Shown here: positions 52,022 to 63,478 of the stretch, one piece after another
Layout: every line of letters begins with the position of its first letter
How positions within the stretch are numbered: the stretch's first letter is position 1
Assembly: GCA_963714975.1 (NCBI GenBank)
Contig: CAVQQD010000001.1
Location: 1 to 64,000, forward strand
DNA length: 64,000 nt
Source of the DNA: an uncultured Gammaproteobacteria bacterium
GTDB taxonomy: Bacteria; Pseudomonadota; Gammaproteobacteria; JAURND01
Direction of reading: 5' to 3'
Made by a program: the position numbers and the translations under genes
Notes under the pieces: model-generated
Database searches by the model: none
Told to the model about the DNA's origin: nothing
The model's input: the letters and a program-made list of their open reading frames with translations, nothing else

Positions 52022-52393
52022 TTATAAAAGTACTTCTTCACAAAATATTTCTGTAGTTATTTCCCATATCACCGGTTCTGGTATTTCAGTGTCATGTTCT
52101 GGGTTAAAATTTTTCAGTTTATTATTAATATGATTTTGTATTTTTTTTAGTGATTCTTCTAGTTGTGACGGTGTACAACCCTCAAGGGACTCAATGGCTA
52201 CTTTAGGTACAACGATCTTTATTGTCGGTGATTTTTTATTCAGTCTTTTGGGGTCATTATTTAAATTCCAAAACGCTTGGCAGGTGAATTCCTTATTTTT
52301 TTCATTAGGTGCAAATTTACAATTATTAGAAAAATTACATTCTTCCATGGTTTTCATTAACTCTTTATAAGGACTTTTTTCTATACAATTCAT
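52022..52393 (-). CDS. AT-rich hypothetical protein inserted in the transfer operon
   Basis: 123-aa ORF with RBS aggag; composition lower in GC than flanking ICE genes. Confidence 0.6.
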   Translation of the reverse strand: MNCIEKSPYKELMKTMEECNFSNNCKFAPNEKNKEFTCQAFWNLNNDPKRLNKKSPTIKIVVPKVAIESLEGCTPSQLEESLKKIQNHINNKLKNFNPEHDTEIPEPVIWEITTEIFCEEVLL

Positions 52394-52575
52394 ATCTAAA
52401 TCTCCTATTAAATTAATTAATTTAATTCACACATTACTCATTCATAACCATTTTAGTAGTCCCTGAAATATAAACAACAATAATTATTAATGCATTTAAG
52501 CGTTATAAACTATAAAACAAGCAAAGCTACACAATAATTCAAAATAAAGTTCGATACACTCGTAACTCATTTTTT

Positions 52576-55244
52576 CTATTTCAATGTAGATATAGTCATC
52601 ATCTGCTGAGCTTGATATGCTACAGCTTCTAATTCCGTACATCCAAATTTAAGCATCAGTTGCCTACGGGCATGTTTTTCATGCTGTTCGGTCGCAGCCA
52701 TGGCCAAATAGAGCCGCGGCGGGACCGAACGAAATAAACTGCTAAGCTTGGGGCTAAGCAACACCCCTTCGGTGTACTGACCCCTCGCTTTGCGGGCCGA
52801 TAAAAATAACTGGCGTTGTTCGCGCGTTAAGGGTTTGAACTGTTCGATCTTAGCGATTTCATCGGGGGTCGAGCTCAAGCACATCCAGGTTTCGATCATA
52901 CTCAGCATCTTGTGGGCTTCTTCAGCAAAGTCGGTCATATTTTGCGTGGCAATCCACAGCCACCAGCCGAGTTTGCGTCCCATTTTGGCACCGCGGGTTT
53001 CTAAAGCCGCTAACAATGGCACTTTACTGAAAATATGATTTTCATCTAAAACCGAGATCAAGGGGCGGTTGGAGTACTGATTGGCCTCGGCCAGGGCTTG
53101 GATTTTGTTAAATACTCCACAAAACGCAATGGCGCGTTGGGCTTCGTAGCCTTCTTGGGCAAATAAGCCAAAATCCACGACCGTGATATCTGCTAAGGGC
53201 CAGGGTTGGCCTTCGGTATTAAAAAACTGCGCGCCCAAGGGGTCGCGAATAAAATAGCACAGACCATCAGCCATCTCCCGACTGCGGCGGATTTTGTCGC
53301 GCTCACGCAAGGGATCTAAGGTGCTGCTGACCCGCTCTAAGGCTTCGACGATATCTTGGGTAATGAGCTGCGTTCGCTGTTGCTGACGAGCCTGTTCCGC
53401 CGCAGAAATAATCGCCTCCATCATCAACAAGCGATCACAGCGACGAATCCGCTGCTCTTCTTTGGGTTCGCCGCCGGTCATCATCACTAAGGCCGCTAAG
53501 ACCATATCGCCTAAGATATCGCGGGTCATGGCCCTCAGATTCTTCCAGCAGATCGGCAGAGTACCTGTTCAGGGCGAAGCGCCGCCAGTTGATCTAGCAC
53601 TTTTAAGCCGTCGTGAAAAGGATTTAAGGAGACCGGATGCTTGGGATCGATTTTGACTTTGTTGACCGATAGTCCTAGGCTGTGACAATAATCGGCTAAT
53701 AAATCAAAGGACCCCCCGGCATCTAGAATAAAAAAGCGCGGGTTGTATAAGGCCAGATGATGCAGGATCAAAAAATTTAAGGTGTTGGATTTTCCGGTGC
53801 CGGTTTCTCCCAGCAATAAAAAATGCGCATTTTTAGTCCGATCTTGCAGCAGGTCATAGAACCAGGGCTCCCCTCCCCGATTAAACATCAGCATCCCCGG
53901 AGTACCCGTCCCGCGACTGCGCCCATAGAACGGCAGTAATTTGGCCACATCACTCAACACCACATAGCGCGAGCGATAGTGGTATTTCCGATCCAGGGCA
54001 AAATCATAATTCATCGGCAAATAACGCAAATACGCATCACTCGGAAATAATTCCTGGTCGGTAATGATATGAAAGCCGTGGCTATTCAATAACACCTCGA
54101 CCTGGGCTTCGCGTGCTTTTAATTGCGCTAGGTTCTCACCCCGCAGATAAACCGCCAGGGTCAGGGGAATTAAATAGTCGCCCTCGGCCATTGCGGTTTC
54201 GGCCTCCTGTACTTCAGTTTTGACTTTAATGGCTAAGGCATGGTGTCCCACCGCACTGTGTTGAATCTGTTTTAAATGCCAGGCGACTTCGCTCGGCGCT
54301 TGCAGCACTAAGGTGAGAGACAAGACACTGCCTTCAGGGAGATGGTCGATCAGGGTCACGACCTTCTGATCGGTGGAACTGGCCCGCTCGGCACTCAAAT
54401 GGCCAATGGTGGGATTGCTGCGGATACTTTGGATGGTCAGCACTTTGTGCGGCATCCCGTCAAACAGCCAGCCCTCGGCACAGGATTCCGGGTGCGGAAA
54501 AAAATAACTGTTCGCTCAAATTCCAGGTCATGGGTTTATTTTCGGCATCGGGATAATGAGATTCTAAAGACCGTTTGGGATTAAACCAGCGCACGAGCCA
54601 CTGGTAAAAATCACTTCCCATTAGGCGTTTGACGCCTAAGCCACAAGCCCGCCATTGCGCAGCAAGCTTCTCGGCAATGCGCAGGATTTCGGCGACGTCC
54701 TTTTCCCGTTCGGGGAGGGGTTTAGTGTCATGGCAAGGCCGGTAAAGGACGGCATAGATGTGCCACTGTCCTCCTTGAAAGGCACATTGAGTCACATCAG
54801 TATCCACAAAAATACCGCCCGGTTGACTGACGTAATCTAAGTGGGTTTTTAGAGTATTGAGATGGGCTTGGACTAAGAGCGTGTCGCGTCGCGCTCAGGG
54901 ATTGCTTGGGTCACCTTGTCCAGCACCCAAGATAAATTGCTATCGCGTTGCACAAAAATTTGCAAAATCCAGGGATGGTCCTTTTCAAACGGAATGGCGT
55001 GTTGCAAGGCATTTTTCAAGGACTGATGAATCGCCTCTAACATCTCGGGAGGACGGGCTTCACAGGCAACGGGGGTAATTTCAAAGCCAACCCCCAGGCT
55101 GCATAAATCTTGCAGTAAAAAAACCTGATGAGCTTCGTGATAATCACGCCAGGGCAGCCGATGAGCCAGCGAAGGATGCTGCGCATAACTGCACGCGATA
55201 TCGGCCCTTGAAATTCGAGCACTTGTGCGTCGCTTAAAAAACAT
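52576..55244 (-). CDS. Conjugative transfer ATPase (VirB4/TraC-like, TIGR03744), frameshifted
   Basis: FNRGGEP, GETGTGKS, DAGGSF, LDENH, KMGRKLG.W.W.ATQ, YTEGV. Confidence 0.9.
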
Positions 55245-57031
55245 AGTCTGTTCAACCTGAAGAAATGAATGGTAGGGATGGACTGCAGCAAATCACTGAC
55301 ATCCCCCAGCACCCGAGTCTAGAGTGCCCCATGCTAGGATATTGATACCAGGAAGACACGATCATTTCGGCTTTAAGCTTAAAAATTAAATAGCGGTATA
55401 CAGATTGATGGCAACTGATCAAGACCATGCCAAAGCCAATCCCCTCGAGTGTCTCTTTACTCCAGAAGAGTTATACCTTAGAATCCTATTATTAACGGCG
55501 CGGCAGAATTACTATTAGATCACATGAGAGATTAATCAGCGCTACGAAGAATATGAAAAAAATCAATGCGCATTGGCTGAGATTTAAGTGACCACACGGG
55601 CAATTCGCAGTCGTATTGCCCCATTTGAGCGAAATTATCGAGTTTGTTTTGATCAATCACTACACGGAGCCAACTCCATGATGACGAAGAGCCAAGAAAT
55701 CTTCCGAAACAAAGCCAAAATTGCGGAATATGCCAGAGAATGTGGCATTGAAAAATTTTCTTACATAAACCCATTTTGGACGAAAACTGGAAAGAAAATG
55801 AAACGTGTATTGGATGATTAGCACGAATTTAAATTTGTTGATTAAAGAACAAGAAGATAATCACAGTTCAAAACTGGGCAGCTTAATTACCGATAAAGGA
55901 AATCACCATTTTCCAGCGACGTTATTCCCCAAGATTTGATGCGACCAGATTGGTGAACAGTATCAGCGATCCCACGGATAGACAAGCCACTCCGCTATTG
56001 AAGCGGCTATCACTTGTGCAGGAATTAACCGAAGAGCCGTTATTGAGCATTCATAAAGGTCAACTTGCATGCTAGCATGTAAGACAATCGAAAAAATAGC
56101 ATCTTCTGACAATGTACTAATCGAAAGAAGCAAGATCCAGAATTAGTACATGCCATAGTATGAAAAATCCAAAAGAAACATGAAAGCCGATAAAAAACTA
56201 GTCAACTGGTAATGCCGCGATATATTTTGCCCATAAAAATAAGAAAGCCACCACTCATAACGGGTCAGTCACCCTTTTGATGCGGCTTGCGAACTAAACC
56301 ACCTGCTGTTCTAAAAGTCTGATCGGTTGGAACCAAAACGAGTTAATTCAACTCACCTATACCTAGGGACAATACGGAAAACCCTTGTCATATGAGCGCT
56401 TCTTATATTTAATAGGCCCAACTAATTAGCATCAATTAATACTCAAAAATTTCGGAATAGCAACTACAATTGGATTAGTGCAATTTTAGGTTCTTCAAAG
56501 TGCGAAATTATTTATTTGACTTGGAAAGGGTCAGAAAAAATAATCAAGACACAAAATTGGTATCAAACTTCCATAAAAAATGATTTTAAAGAAGCATATC
56601 TGGTATTAAAACCCATCTGCAGACTTATCCATTATCAGAAGAACCATATTTAGGGGAGCGCATCCACAATAAGAGTGTTAAACTGATCAGATAAAAAATG
56701 ACGGAAAGATAATTTTTCCGTCACTTTCTCAGTTCAAACATCATTAGGGCAATATTTTACCTAATTGTATGATCGAATTTTTTTCTCGAATTGCCTCCAA
56801 TGATCAACAACAAAGATAGCTTTAAGGCAAACTAATTTTTTATCTTAGTTTACCAATTATCGAAATCAGTGGTCATTTAACTCGACTAACTCAGTAATAA
56901 AGAGTATTCTAGACCATGAGAGTTAATATCACCGGGTGATGAAATTACTTAGTCCATCGAAAACAGCGATTAGTAATTAATTCTGCCCTAGATTTCGAGA
57001 AATAATCAAACGAATTTACAGTAACTACATT

Positions 57032-57400
57032 TTAATTGTTATAAACATTAACTGTAATGATCCTGCGCATAAACATAAACACCGTTTCATACCCTGGGAT
57101 TGGAATTTGGGCATTGCCTGCTAGATGCGGATACACATACATCATCAATTCAGGATTGGGTAATTTTCGAAAAGCAGAGGTATTTTCTAGTGCGGTCCTC
57201 TTAGGTTCTTCGGTGATTAATGGAGTCGTTAATTCTTGTGCCAGTGATCTTGCGGGTTTAGGTTCTGCAGTACGGGATGGCTCAACCGCCTCATAGACTT
57301 GCTCCATGGTCGGCCCCTGGTGCGGGACGACATTGCCAACATAACTTTGACAGGCCGCAAGATTAATCCACATCAAGGGCATCAGGTAACGGATGCGCAT
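57032..57400 (-). CDS. TIGR03751 conjugal transfer lipoprotein
   Basis: Lipobox LAAC; FRKLPNPEL.MYVYPHL..PIPGY.TVF. Confidence 0.88.
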   Translation of the reverse strand: MRIRYLMPLMWINLAACQSYVGNVVPHQGPTMEQVYEAVEPSRTAEPKPARSLAQELTTPLITEEPKRTALENTSAFRKLPNPELMMYVYPHLAGNAQIPIPGYETVFMFMRRIITVNVYNN

Positions 57401-58595
57401 AGGTAATTTTCCTCCCGTTGGGGTCATAATCAATGGTAATTTCTTTTGCAAAATTCACGACAATGCGTTGGGGCTCGCCATTGGGCTTTAGGGTGGGCAC
57501 AAACACCGCATCAAAGGAATTCTCGACGCGGTCATGCCACCACGCTTGGACTGACTGCGTGGAACGGCTCAAAGCCTGAGCGGCGACATAAGCACTGTGT
57601 GAACCCGTAACCGCTTGGGTGTTCTGACCCACCAGAGCATTGCTCGTGGTGGTTTGGGCTGAAGCATAGGCGTTGGCGGCGCCTTCAGCCGCTCCCAGTG
57701 CTACATTAATCCCTAAATACGCCGGAGCATTAGTGATGAGTTGGCCACGAATGGCGGGATTGCCATATTCATCGGAGAGATAGCCCAAAGCATTTTCTTT
57801 GGTGAAATGCCCAATATTATTGTCATTGGAGGTGGTGGTGGAAATCGTGCCATCGGCAAAGACAAAGGTCAACGAGGTGACCCAGCCCCGGGTACTGACT
57901 AAATTTAAATCCCCTTCGGCATAGCCACTGACAATGAGTTGCCGTAAATTCGGAACCCGCAAGCCATTGGCCGCTAAGGTGTCATCGGCAAATACAATTT
58001 TAAAGGGATAAGGGTCGGTCACCACGCCTTTAATTGGAATCCGGCCAATCAGGGGCGACATGAGGCGATCGTGCACCGAAGTCGCATTGGCGGGAATGGT
58101 GTAGTAAGGGAGCGGTTTTTTCAAAGCGACGGAATCCGTCAGGGGTGGTATCGCGGCCGCCTTCAGGCGGGGATCGGGCCATTCTTCGGTCACATCTGAC
58201 ACCAGGGTAATCGGTTTAGCAGCTGAAAGGTTGGGTTCGCTGACGGAGCGGGTATTGAATTGGGCTTTGAGTTGTTCGATTTGTTGGGTAAGTTCGGCCA
58301 CTCCCTGAGGCTTTGATTCCAGTTGGTGTAAGAGTTCCTGGTTTTGCTGTTGCAAGCTTTGGTTTTGGGTCACGATGGCTTGTACTTTGTGTTCGGTGGC
58401 GGAGAGTTGGGCGGTTAAGGTATCGAGAGATTCGGCCGCACTGTCTTGGGAGGCGGTATTTTTGGTCGCTGTCGGCAGAGGTACCAGATCAGGAGCCGCG
58501 TGATGCAGTAGTTTTTGGGTGACTGTTACAGCCAAAATAGCGATCAGCAGCGGAACACCCCATTTGAGTAATCGATTGGTTTTATGTGCGGCCAT
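57363..58595 (-). CDS. ICE protein TIGR03752 (VirB10-like)
   Basis: YTIPANAT, LIGRIP..G.V.DPYPFK, LAANG, FDAVFVP, IDYDP.GRK. Confidence 0.9.
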   Translation of the reverse strand: MAAHKTNRLLKWGVPLLIAILAVTVTQKLLHHAAPDLVPLPTATKNTASQDSAAESLDTLTAQLSATEHKVQAIVTQNQSLQQQNQELLHQLESKPQGVAELTQQIEQLKAQFNTRSVSEPNLSAAKPITLVSDVTEEWPDPRLKAAAIPPLTDSVALKKPLPYYTIPANATSVHDRLMSPLIGRIPIKGVVTDPYPFKIVFADDTLAANGLRVPNLRQLIVSGYAEGDLNLVSTRGWVTSLTFVFADGTISTTTSNDNNIGHFTKENALGYLSDEYGNPAIRGQLITNAPAYLGINVALGAAEGAANAYASAQTTTSNALVGQNTQAVTGSHSAYVAAQALSRSTQSVQAWWHDRVENSFDAVFVPTLKPNGEPQRIVVNFAKEITIDYDPNGRKITYAHPLPDALDVD

Positions 58596-59447
58596 GGCAC
58601 CTCGTCAGACTCTCGTTAAAGCCTTGCTTGGAAATTAAGAATAAGGTCGTGCTATCGCCGGTTTTATCTCCCGCGGATTTCAAAGTACGACGCGGATATA
58701 GGCTCGCGGCTTGCCACGTTCCGCAGAGATCCCGGTCTAAATGCAGCATCGTGGAATGCGCCCAAGGATTGCGTAATTCCACCGCAGTAATCGTGAGCTC
58801 TTCATGCGTCCAGGAAGCGATGGGGTGGGCCAAAACCGTCTCGGGATAGAGCAAGTGACTAACCCAGAAAGAGTATGCATTGGCGTGCGGATAAATCCGG
58901 TTTCTGAGACGACATGGTCCAGTGTATACAGCTGTTGCCAAGCCAAGCGCAGGGCCTCAACCAAATCATCCGCTTGGGAAGGTTTTTCGGTAGCGTCGGG
59001 TGAATCCTTAATCTTATCGGCATTTTTGTGATTTTTGGCATTTAAAATCCTAATTACTTGGCATTTGGCATTGGCCTGATCAGCAGTTTCAATATCCACT
59101 AACATGATTTTTTGGGAATCCTTGAGCAGGATAGACAGGCGCGTGCGCGGAATAGCTTTTAAAGCGGTCAAATAGAGGCTGCGGTCATGGTTAATGATCC
59201 GCAATTGTTCGGTGGTCAGGTGCCCAGCCAAGTCCACTTGCACCGGCTCGGGAAAGATCACCCGTTTTTCCTGGGCTAGGGGCAAGGGAATGAGAATGGG
59301 GTCGCCTTGCCACTGCAACGGCTGATTGGATTCTATAGGAGTCGCCTCCTGCAAGGCGTGGATTTGCGTGTCAGTTAAAGGCAATACCGGGGCGACCCAG
59401 GACACCGAAGAAAAGGTCAATAGCACGAGGAAAAGGCGTATGTTCAT
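58582..59447 (-). CDS. ICE protein TIGR03749 (DUF3438), frameshifted
   Basis: W.GDPI.IPL..EKRV.F, LRLAWQQLY, TAVELRN, STTLFLIS. Confidence 0.85.
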
Positions 59448-60083
59448 GGGAGCAAGCTTCCAAGGCAGGCGTTGCGGAGGAGACACATATCCGGCCAGGA
59501 CCAATCCGTAGGGGTTGCTGCTGGGAGAGACATCATGACGGGTAATTTTTAACGGATAGCGAATGACCGCCTCTTTCACCCGTTGGTCGTTTTTATATTC
59601 TTGCAGATGCATGGTTAAATCCACTTCCCAGGTTGAAGCACTTAATTTTTTCACGGAACGGGAATCGAAGGCCGCTCCAGCGAGACCTTGCATAAAACGT
59701 TGGCGTTGGCTTTGACCACTGCGGCTTAATTCCTGGACTTCGCGCTTGAGGACCGCCTGAAATTCGGGCGTCAAGTAAGCGGCATAAGTGTGTAAGTGAT
59801 TTAAAGCCTCAACACTGCCATTGCTGGGCCAGTGATTGAGCTCTTGCCAGAGTTCATAAGCAAAGCTGTACAGAAACGGCTCGGGAATGTCCTGGGGATT
59901 GAGGACCGCACCCTGGTGCAAATCCGGTGGCAGGTAGAGGCGTAATCGTGAAGGAGCAGTCATCCACCCCAGCAATAACAGTAACACCAAAAGTAATAAC
60001 ACCGCGATGCTGTATTTTTGGAACTGAATCACCGCGACATCGCGGTCCTCTTTTTTCCAAGCGCTAAAGAAGTAATTTTTCAT
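59444..60083 (-). CDS. ICE protein PFL_4703 (TIGR03746/DUF2895)
   Basis: AP..L..YLPPDL..G, YSFAY..WQELNHW, YLTP, IRYPL, NPYGL. Confidence 0.88.
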
Positions 60084-60134
60084 CAGACTTGTTGATCCTA
60101 TTCGACACACATATCTCATTTAAAACCCAGAGGA

Positions 60135-60233
60135 TTCGTCGTCCCGGCATGAATGCCGGGATCTAGAATCACAGGGACGTAAAAACTTTGCGTCCTGCAG
60201 ATTGGATCCCGGCATCCATGCTGGGACGACGAA
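60135..60233. repeat. REP-doublet/RPE-like palindromic element
   Basis: ttcgtcgtcccggcatgaatgccgggatc ... gatcccggcatccatgctgggacgacgaa with a central ggacg/cgtcc hairpin. Confidence 0.8.
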
Positions 60234-60234
60234 C

Positions 60235-60585
60235 TCAGGATAGCCTGTTAACCGACCAACGGCCTTGGCGTTGGAGCCAAGGGGCTTGCCAAAAATAATC
60301 CACATAAGGCCACGCACTTACGCGCTTGAGAAACACGTGTTGGTAGTAGCCATAGGGTTTGCCGTATTTAATTTGCTGCAATTTCCCCAGGAAAAACCGC
60401 GTGGCATGAATGAGACTCAGTAAAATTAAGGCCATACCAATCGCGGCATAATCGAACAGGAGCTGAGTTAAAAAGGCGAAGAGCGCCCCTCCTACAATCA
60501 GATAGAGACTGCCCACGCTCATCAGTTCTAGAAAAGTGCAATCTTTGTAGATCGGCATTTTGTGATGAATATGATGGAAAATCAT
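60235..60585 (-). CDS. TIGR03750 (DUF3487) conjugal transfer protein
   Basis: PIYKDCT..EL, two hydrophobic segments, LQQIKYGKP.GYY, W. Confidence 0.85.
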   Translation of the reverse strand: MIFHHIHHKMPIYKDCTFLELMSVGSLYLIVGGALFAFLTQLLFDYAAIGMALILLSLIHATRFFLGKLQQIKYGKPYGYYQHVFLKRVSAWPYVDYFWQAPWLQRQGRWSVNRLS

Positions 60586-60593
60586 GTAATTCC

Positions 60594-60949
60594 TTAGTGC
60601 GGAATAATGGAAAAGCCCATGTAGAGGAGCCCGGCGCCAATCGCGACGGTAGCAATCGCGACCGCCGTATGTTTAAAAAAGTGGCCCAAGTCTTGGCGTT
60701 CTTGGGCGACGTGATAGGACTTAAAAATGCCAAAGGCCGCGCCCGAAGCAATCATGGCGCCCATCGCAATTAAGGCATAACTTAAGGTCTTATAGGCGAG
60801 ATTGCCCCCAACGTCGATCCAATCGTTACTGCTATTTGCCAAACTACTAGCCGGGGGTTTGGGTAAGTCCGCCAAGGCCAAGGCACAAAAGGCCTGAGCA
60901 CTGAGCCAAGACAAAGCCGGGATAATTTTTGAATCCAAGGGAGTTTCAT
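60594..60949 (-). CDS. TIGR03745 (DUF2976) ICE membrane protein (frameshift near the start)
   Basis: LADLPKPP, two hydrophobic segments; position in operon. Confidence 0.75.
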
Positions 60950-60964
60950 AGTCATTCCTATTTA

Positions 60965-61199
60965 AGGTGTTAAGGGGTAAAAGCCACGAGACAGCAATGG
61001 CCACTAAAAACAAAATGCGCAACACATAGCGCTGGACATCGAGGATATCCACCGCATGATGGCGCAAGTAATGTAATAGGCTGTACAGCAAGGCTCCCGC
61101 CCAAAAAAAGACCAGGATCAGCCAGAGACTACGCACCAGCAGGCTCAGCTGGGCCGCTGATACCCCGGCGGCGGCCGCAAATGCGTCGAGACTAGTCAT
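60965..61199 (-). CDS. TIGR03758 (DUF3262) ICE membrane protein
   Basis: AFAAAAGVS..LSLL, LW..W; 3' end approximate. Confidence 0.75.
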
Positions 61200-61537
61200 G
61201 TTCTTAGCTCTTCATAATCCCCGCTAATTGAGGGAAGGATTTTAGGAGTCAATACGGGATGATTGAGTTTGGCTTGAATGCCTTGTTGGATGGCGTTCAC
61301 ATCATCAAGTAATCCGGCGTGCTTATTTCCTTGGGCATCCGTCCAGGCCGTGTAATGAAATTTTACTCGTTGATTAGGGGATTGCTGGTGGCGTGCGGCC
61401 TCAATCATCGGCTTCATGGCTTCGAGCTGGTGAACAAGGTGGGTTAAATACACGCTTTCGAGTTCCGGGCTAGCCAAGCAATTGACACAACCACCGAGGA
61501 AAAGCACGCCAACTAAGGAATGTAATCGCATCTGCAT
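61196..61537 (-). CDS. RAQPRD family ICE protein
   Basis: L..LVHQL, R..F.Y, L..DV..IQQGI..L, ISGDY. Confidence 0.82.
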   Translation of the reverse strand: MQMRLHSLVGVLFLGGCVNCLASPELESVYLTHLVHQLEAMKPMIEAARHQQSPNQRVKFHYTAWTDAQGNKHAGLLDDVNAIQQGIQAKLNHPVLTPKILPSISGDYEELRT

Positions 61538-61766
61538 TTCTCACAATATTTTTTAAAACCACACAGGCTCCCTTGGACCGCAAACCCTAATCCCGAGCGC
61601 TAACGGGACGAGGATTACAAAGGGAGCCAACGGCCAAGGAAGAACAAGTAAAGAAATAATGGCACCGACCAGATACCGGTCAGGCGCCGTTTGATCGCAT
61701 GAAAAAATAACGCACGGTCGGGAGCGGCTTGGAATTTACGAATATCGCGCTGACCTAAGCCATCAA

Positions 61767-63478
61767 CCTAAAAACGGCAGTTGAAGGACTTCCTAACCGA
61801 TAAAACTCTGATCAAATATCTTCCAACAAAGTACCTTTTTTTCAATTTTATGTGGGTGCTGATAAACCAAGTGGTGGCTGCAGCGACTTTCCATTTAAAT
61901 ATTTTCCTACTGCTTGGCTCAAAATTCGATACCAACATTGATCATGTGTTAACTGCTCCGCATCTTTTTTTAATCCTTTAAAAAATTTCACCACGCGGCT
62001 TAATAACATTTGAACTTTATTAATATTTCCATGCGTGCTGCTGATAACAATGTGTGTTTGTCTTGCATGGACAGTTTGTTTTGCCATAGCATGCAATAAT
62101 AAGGGACGACTCGTAATAGCTTCTAAATGTTTGTCAGGTTCTGCCAGGCGAGCAAATATATTCCACCAATTATAAATAAGAGCAACCACGCGCGACATAA
62201 AGCGGCAACGCTTCATGTCTTGGGTTGTAAACCCGCTCCAACCCCATTGATTTTTCAATTCATCAAATATATTTTCACTGTCCGCACGATCGCGATAATG
62301 TTGCGCAATAGTCAGTATTTCATCCGGTAATGAAGTAACTAATACAGCGTATTCATAAACATAGGTTTTATCATCAACCTCACCAAAACATATCTCTAAT
62401 TGTTTTGTTCCTGCATGTTGTGAAATAAGCATTAAATTTTTTTGTATTTTTTTTCTCAACACGATGACTCGACGCGATCTTTCCCAACCATCTAATTTCA
62501 ATAAGGCATCAGTCCCTTCCCAGCCCTGATCAGCAAAATACCAATCTTGACGAACCATTTTTACTTCTTCTATTAAACGCTTTACATTCTTCGTTGATTT
62601 CAATTTAAATAAATAGGGTATTTGCTTTTCTTCAGCAATTTTCATCACACCATCTGTACCAAAAGCACAATCACCTCGCAAAAATTGAGGCCACTGTGCA
62701 CGCGGAATACGATCTAATAATTCCCATAAATCAGGCGCCGAATAACTGGATGCCATTTGATTACCAGGCTGTACTTCAACATCCAGTACTAAACGTAAAT
62801 TGGCGATAAAATAGGAATGATAGGTATGAGAAGGGCGGCCAGGTTTTGTTGGATTATAACCCAATACAGCTCCTTCCTGTTTTCCATAAAGTACTTTAAC
62901 TGTGGTATCAACATCTAATATCCATGGCACACTCAGCAATGGCACATAACATTTATTTAAATGTTTTTGTAGCCATACTATTCCAGCTTCTTCTTCCATT
63001 TTTACAAAAGCACGCCGGAGTGAATCTTCACTCACTATTTTTTTCATACCCAATAAATCTGGATTTACTCCATCACAACGCAATGTAGTGATATGAGCAT
63101 AGCGACTATGACCTGCTAAAACAGCTAATAACAGCGTACCTAAAATGTCACGATTTGAAGGAGCGTTGGGACTTACTAATTGCAATGGACAATCTTCAAC
63201 CCAAGGGTCAAATAAATTTCCAATCTTTAAAAATTCAATAAAAAATGCCAATTGTCCTAGCGGAGTTACAGCAGCTTGAGGATCCCATTCCACATAGATG
63301 CGACCACCAAAAGTATCTAGGGCTAATGAGACATTTTTGGCTAATAAATTTTCTTCTTTTAAGTCTTCTGGCAGTTCACCCGTTGGGTGAAGAGGAGCCG
63401 GAGGTAGTTTCATGCGATTTCCCCTGTAATTTTGTTATAAGGGTCGCATTATCTCATAGTTCAACTGCTTTTTTTAGG
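61767..63478 (-). mobile_element. IS1380-family element, complete
   Basis: Imperfect IR cctaaaaa..gcagttgaa / ttcaactgc..tttttagg; 5-bp duplication ATCAA at 61762-61766 and 63479-63483. Confidence 0.93.
61848..63413 (-). CDS. IS1380-family transposase
   Basis: ILDVDTTVK.LYG.QEGA..GYNP.KPGRPSH, RGDC, YRDRADSEN.FDELK. Confidence 0.92.
   Translation of the reverse strand: MKLPPAPLHPTGELPEDLKEENLLAKNVSLALDTFGGRIYVEWDPQAAVTPLGQLAFFIEFLKIGNLFDPWVEDCPLQLVSPNAPSNRDILGTLLLAVLAGHSRYAHITTLRCDGVNPDLLGMKKIVSEDSLRRAFVKMEEEAGIVWLQKHLNKCYVPLLSVPWILDVDTTVKVLYGKQEGAVLGYNPTKPGRPSHTYHSYFIANLRLVLDVEVQPGNQMASSYSAPDLWELLDRIPRAQWPQFLRGDCAFGTDGVMKIAEEKQIPYLFKLKSTKNVKRLIEEVKMVRQDWYFADQGWEGTDALLKLDGWERSRRVIVLRKKIQKNLMLISQHAGTKQLEICFGEVDDKTYVYEYAVLVTSLPDEILTIAQHYRDRADSENIFDELKNQWGWSGFTTQDMKRCRFMSRVVALIYNWWNIFARLAEPDKHLEAITSRPLLLHAMAKQTVHARQTHIVISSTHGNINKVQMLLSRVVKFFKGLKKDAEQLTHDQCWYRILSQAVGKYLNGKSLQPPLGLSAPT

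Noticed and set aside
44954-55244. Wholesale pseudogenisation of traD, the TraU-like gene and the VirB4-like gene
   Set aside because: Breaks appear to be frameshifts, many near homopolymers, and occur in both large segments; they cannot be told apart from long-read error
58737-61199. Fusions TIGR03746-TIGR03749 and TIGR03758-TIGR03745
   Set aside because: Each is explained by single-base indels; the downstream genes have their own ATG and the standard order
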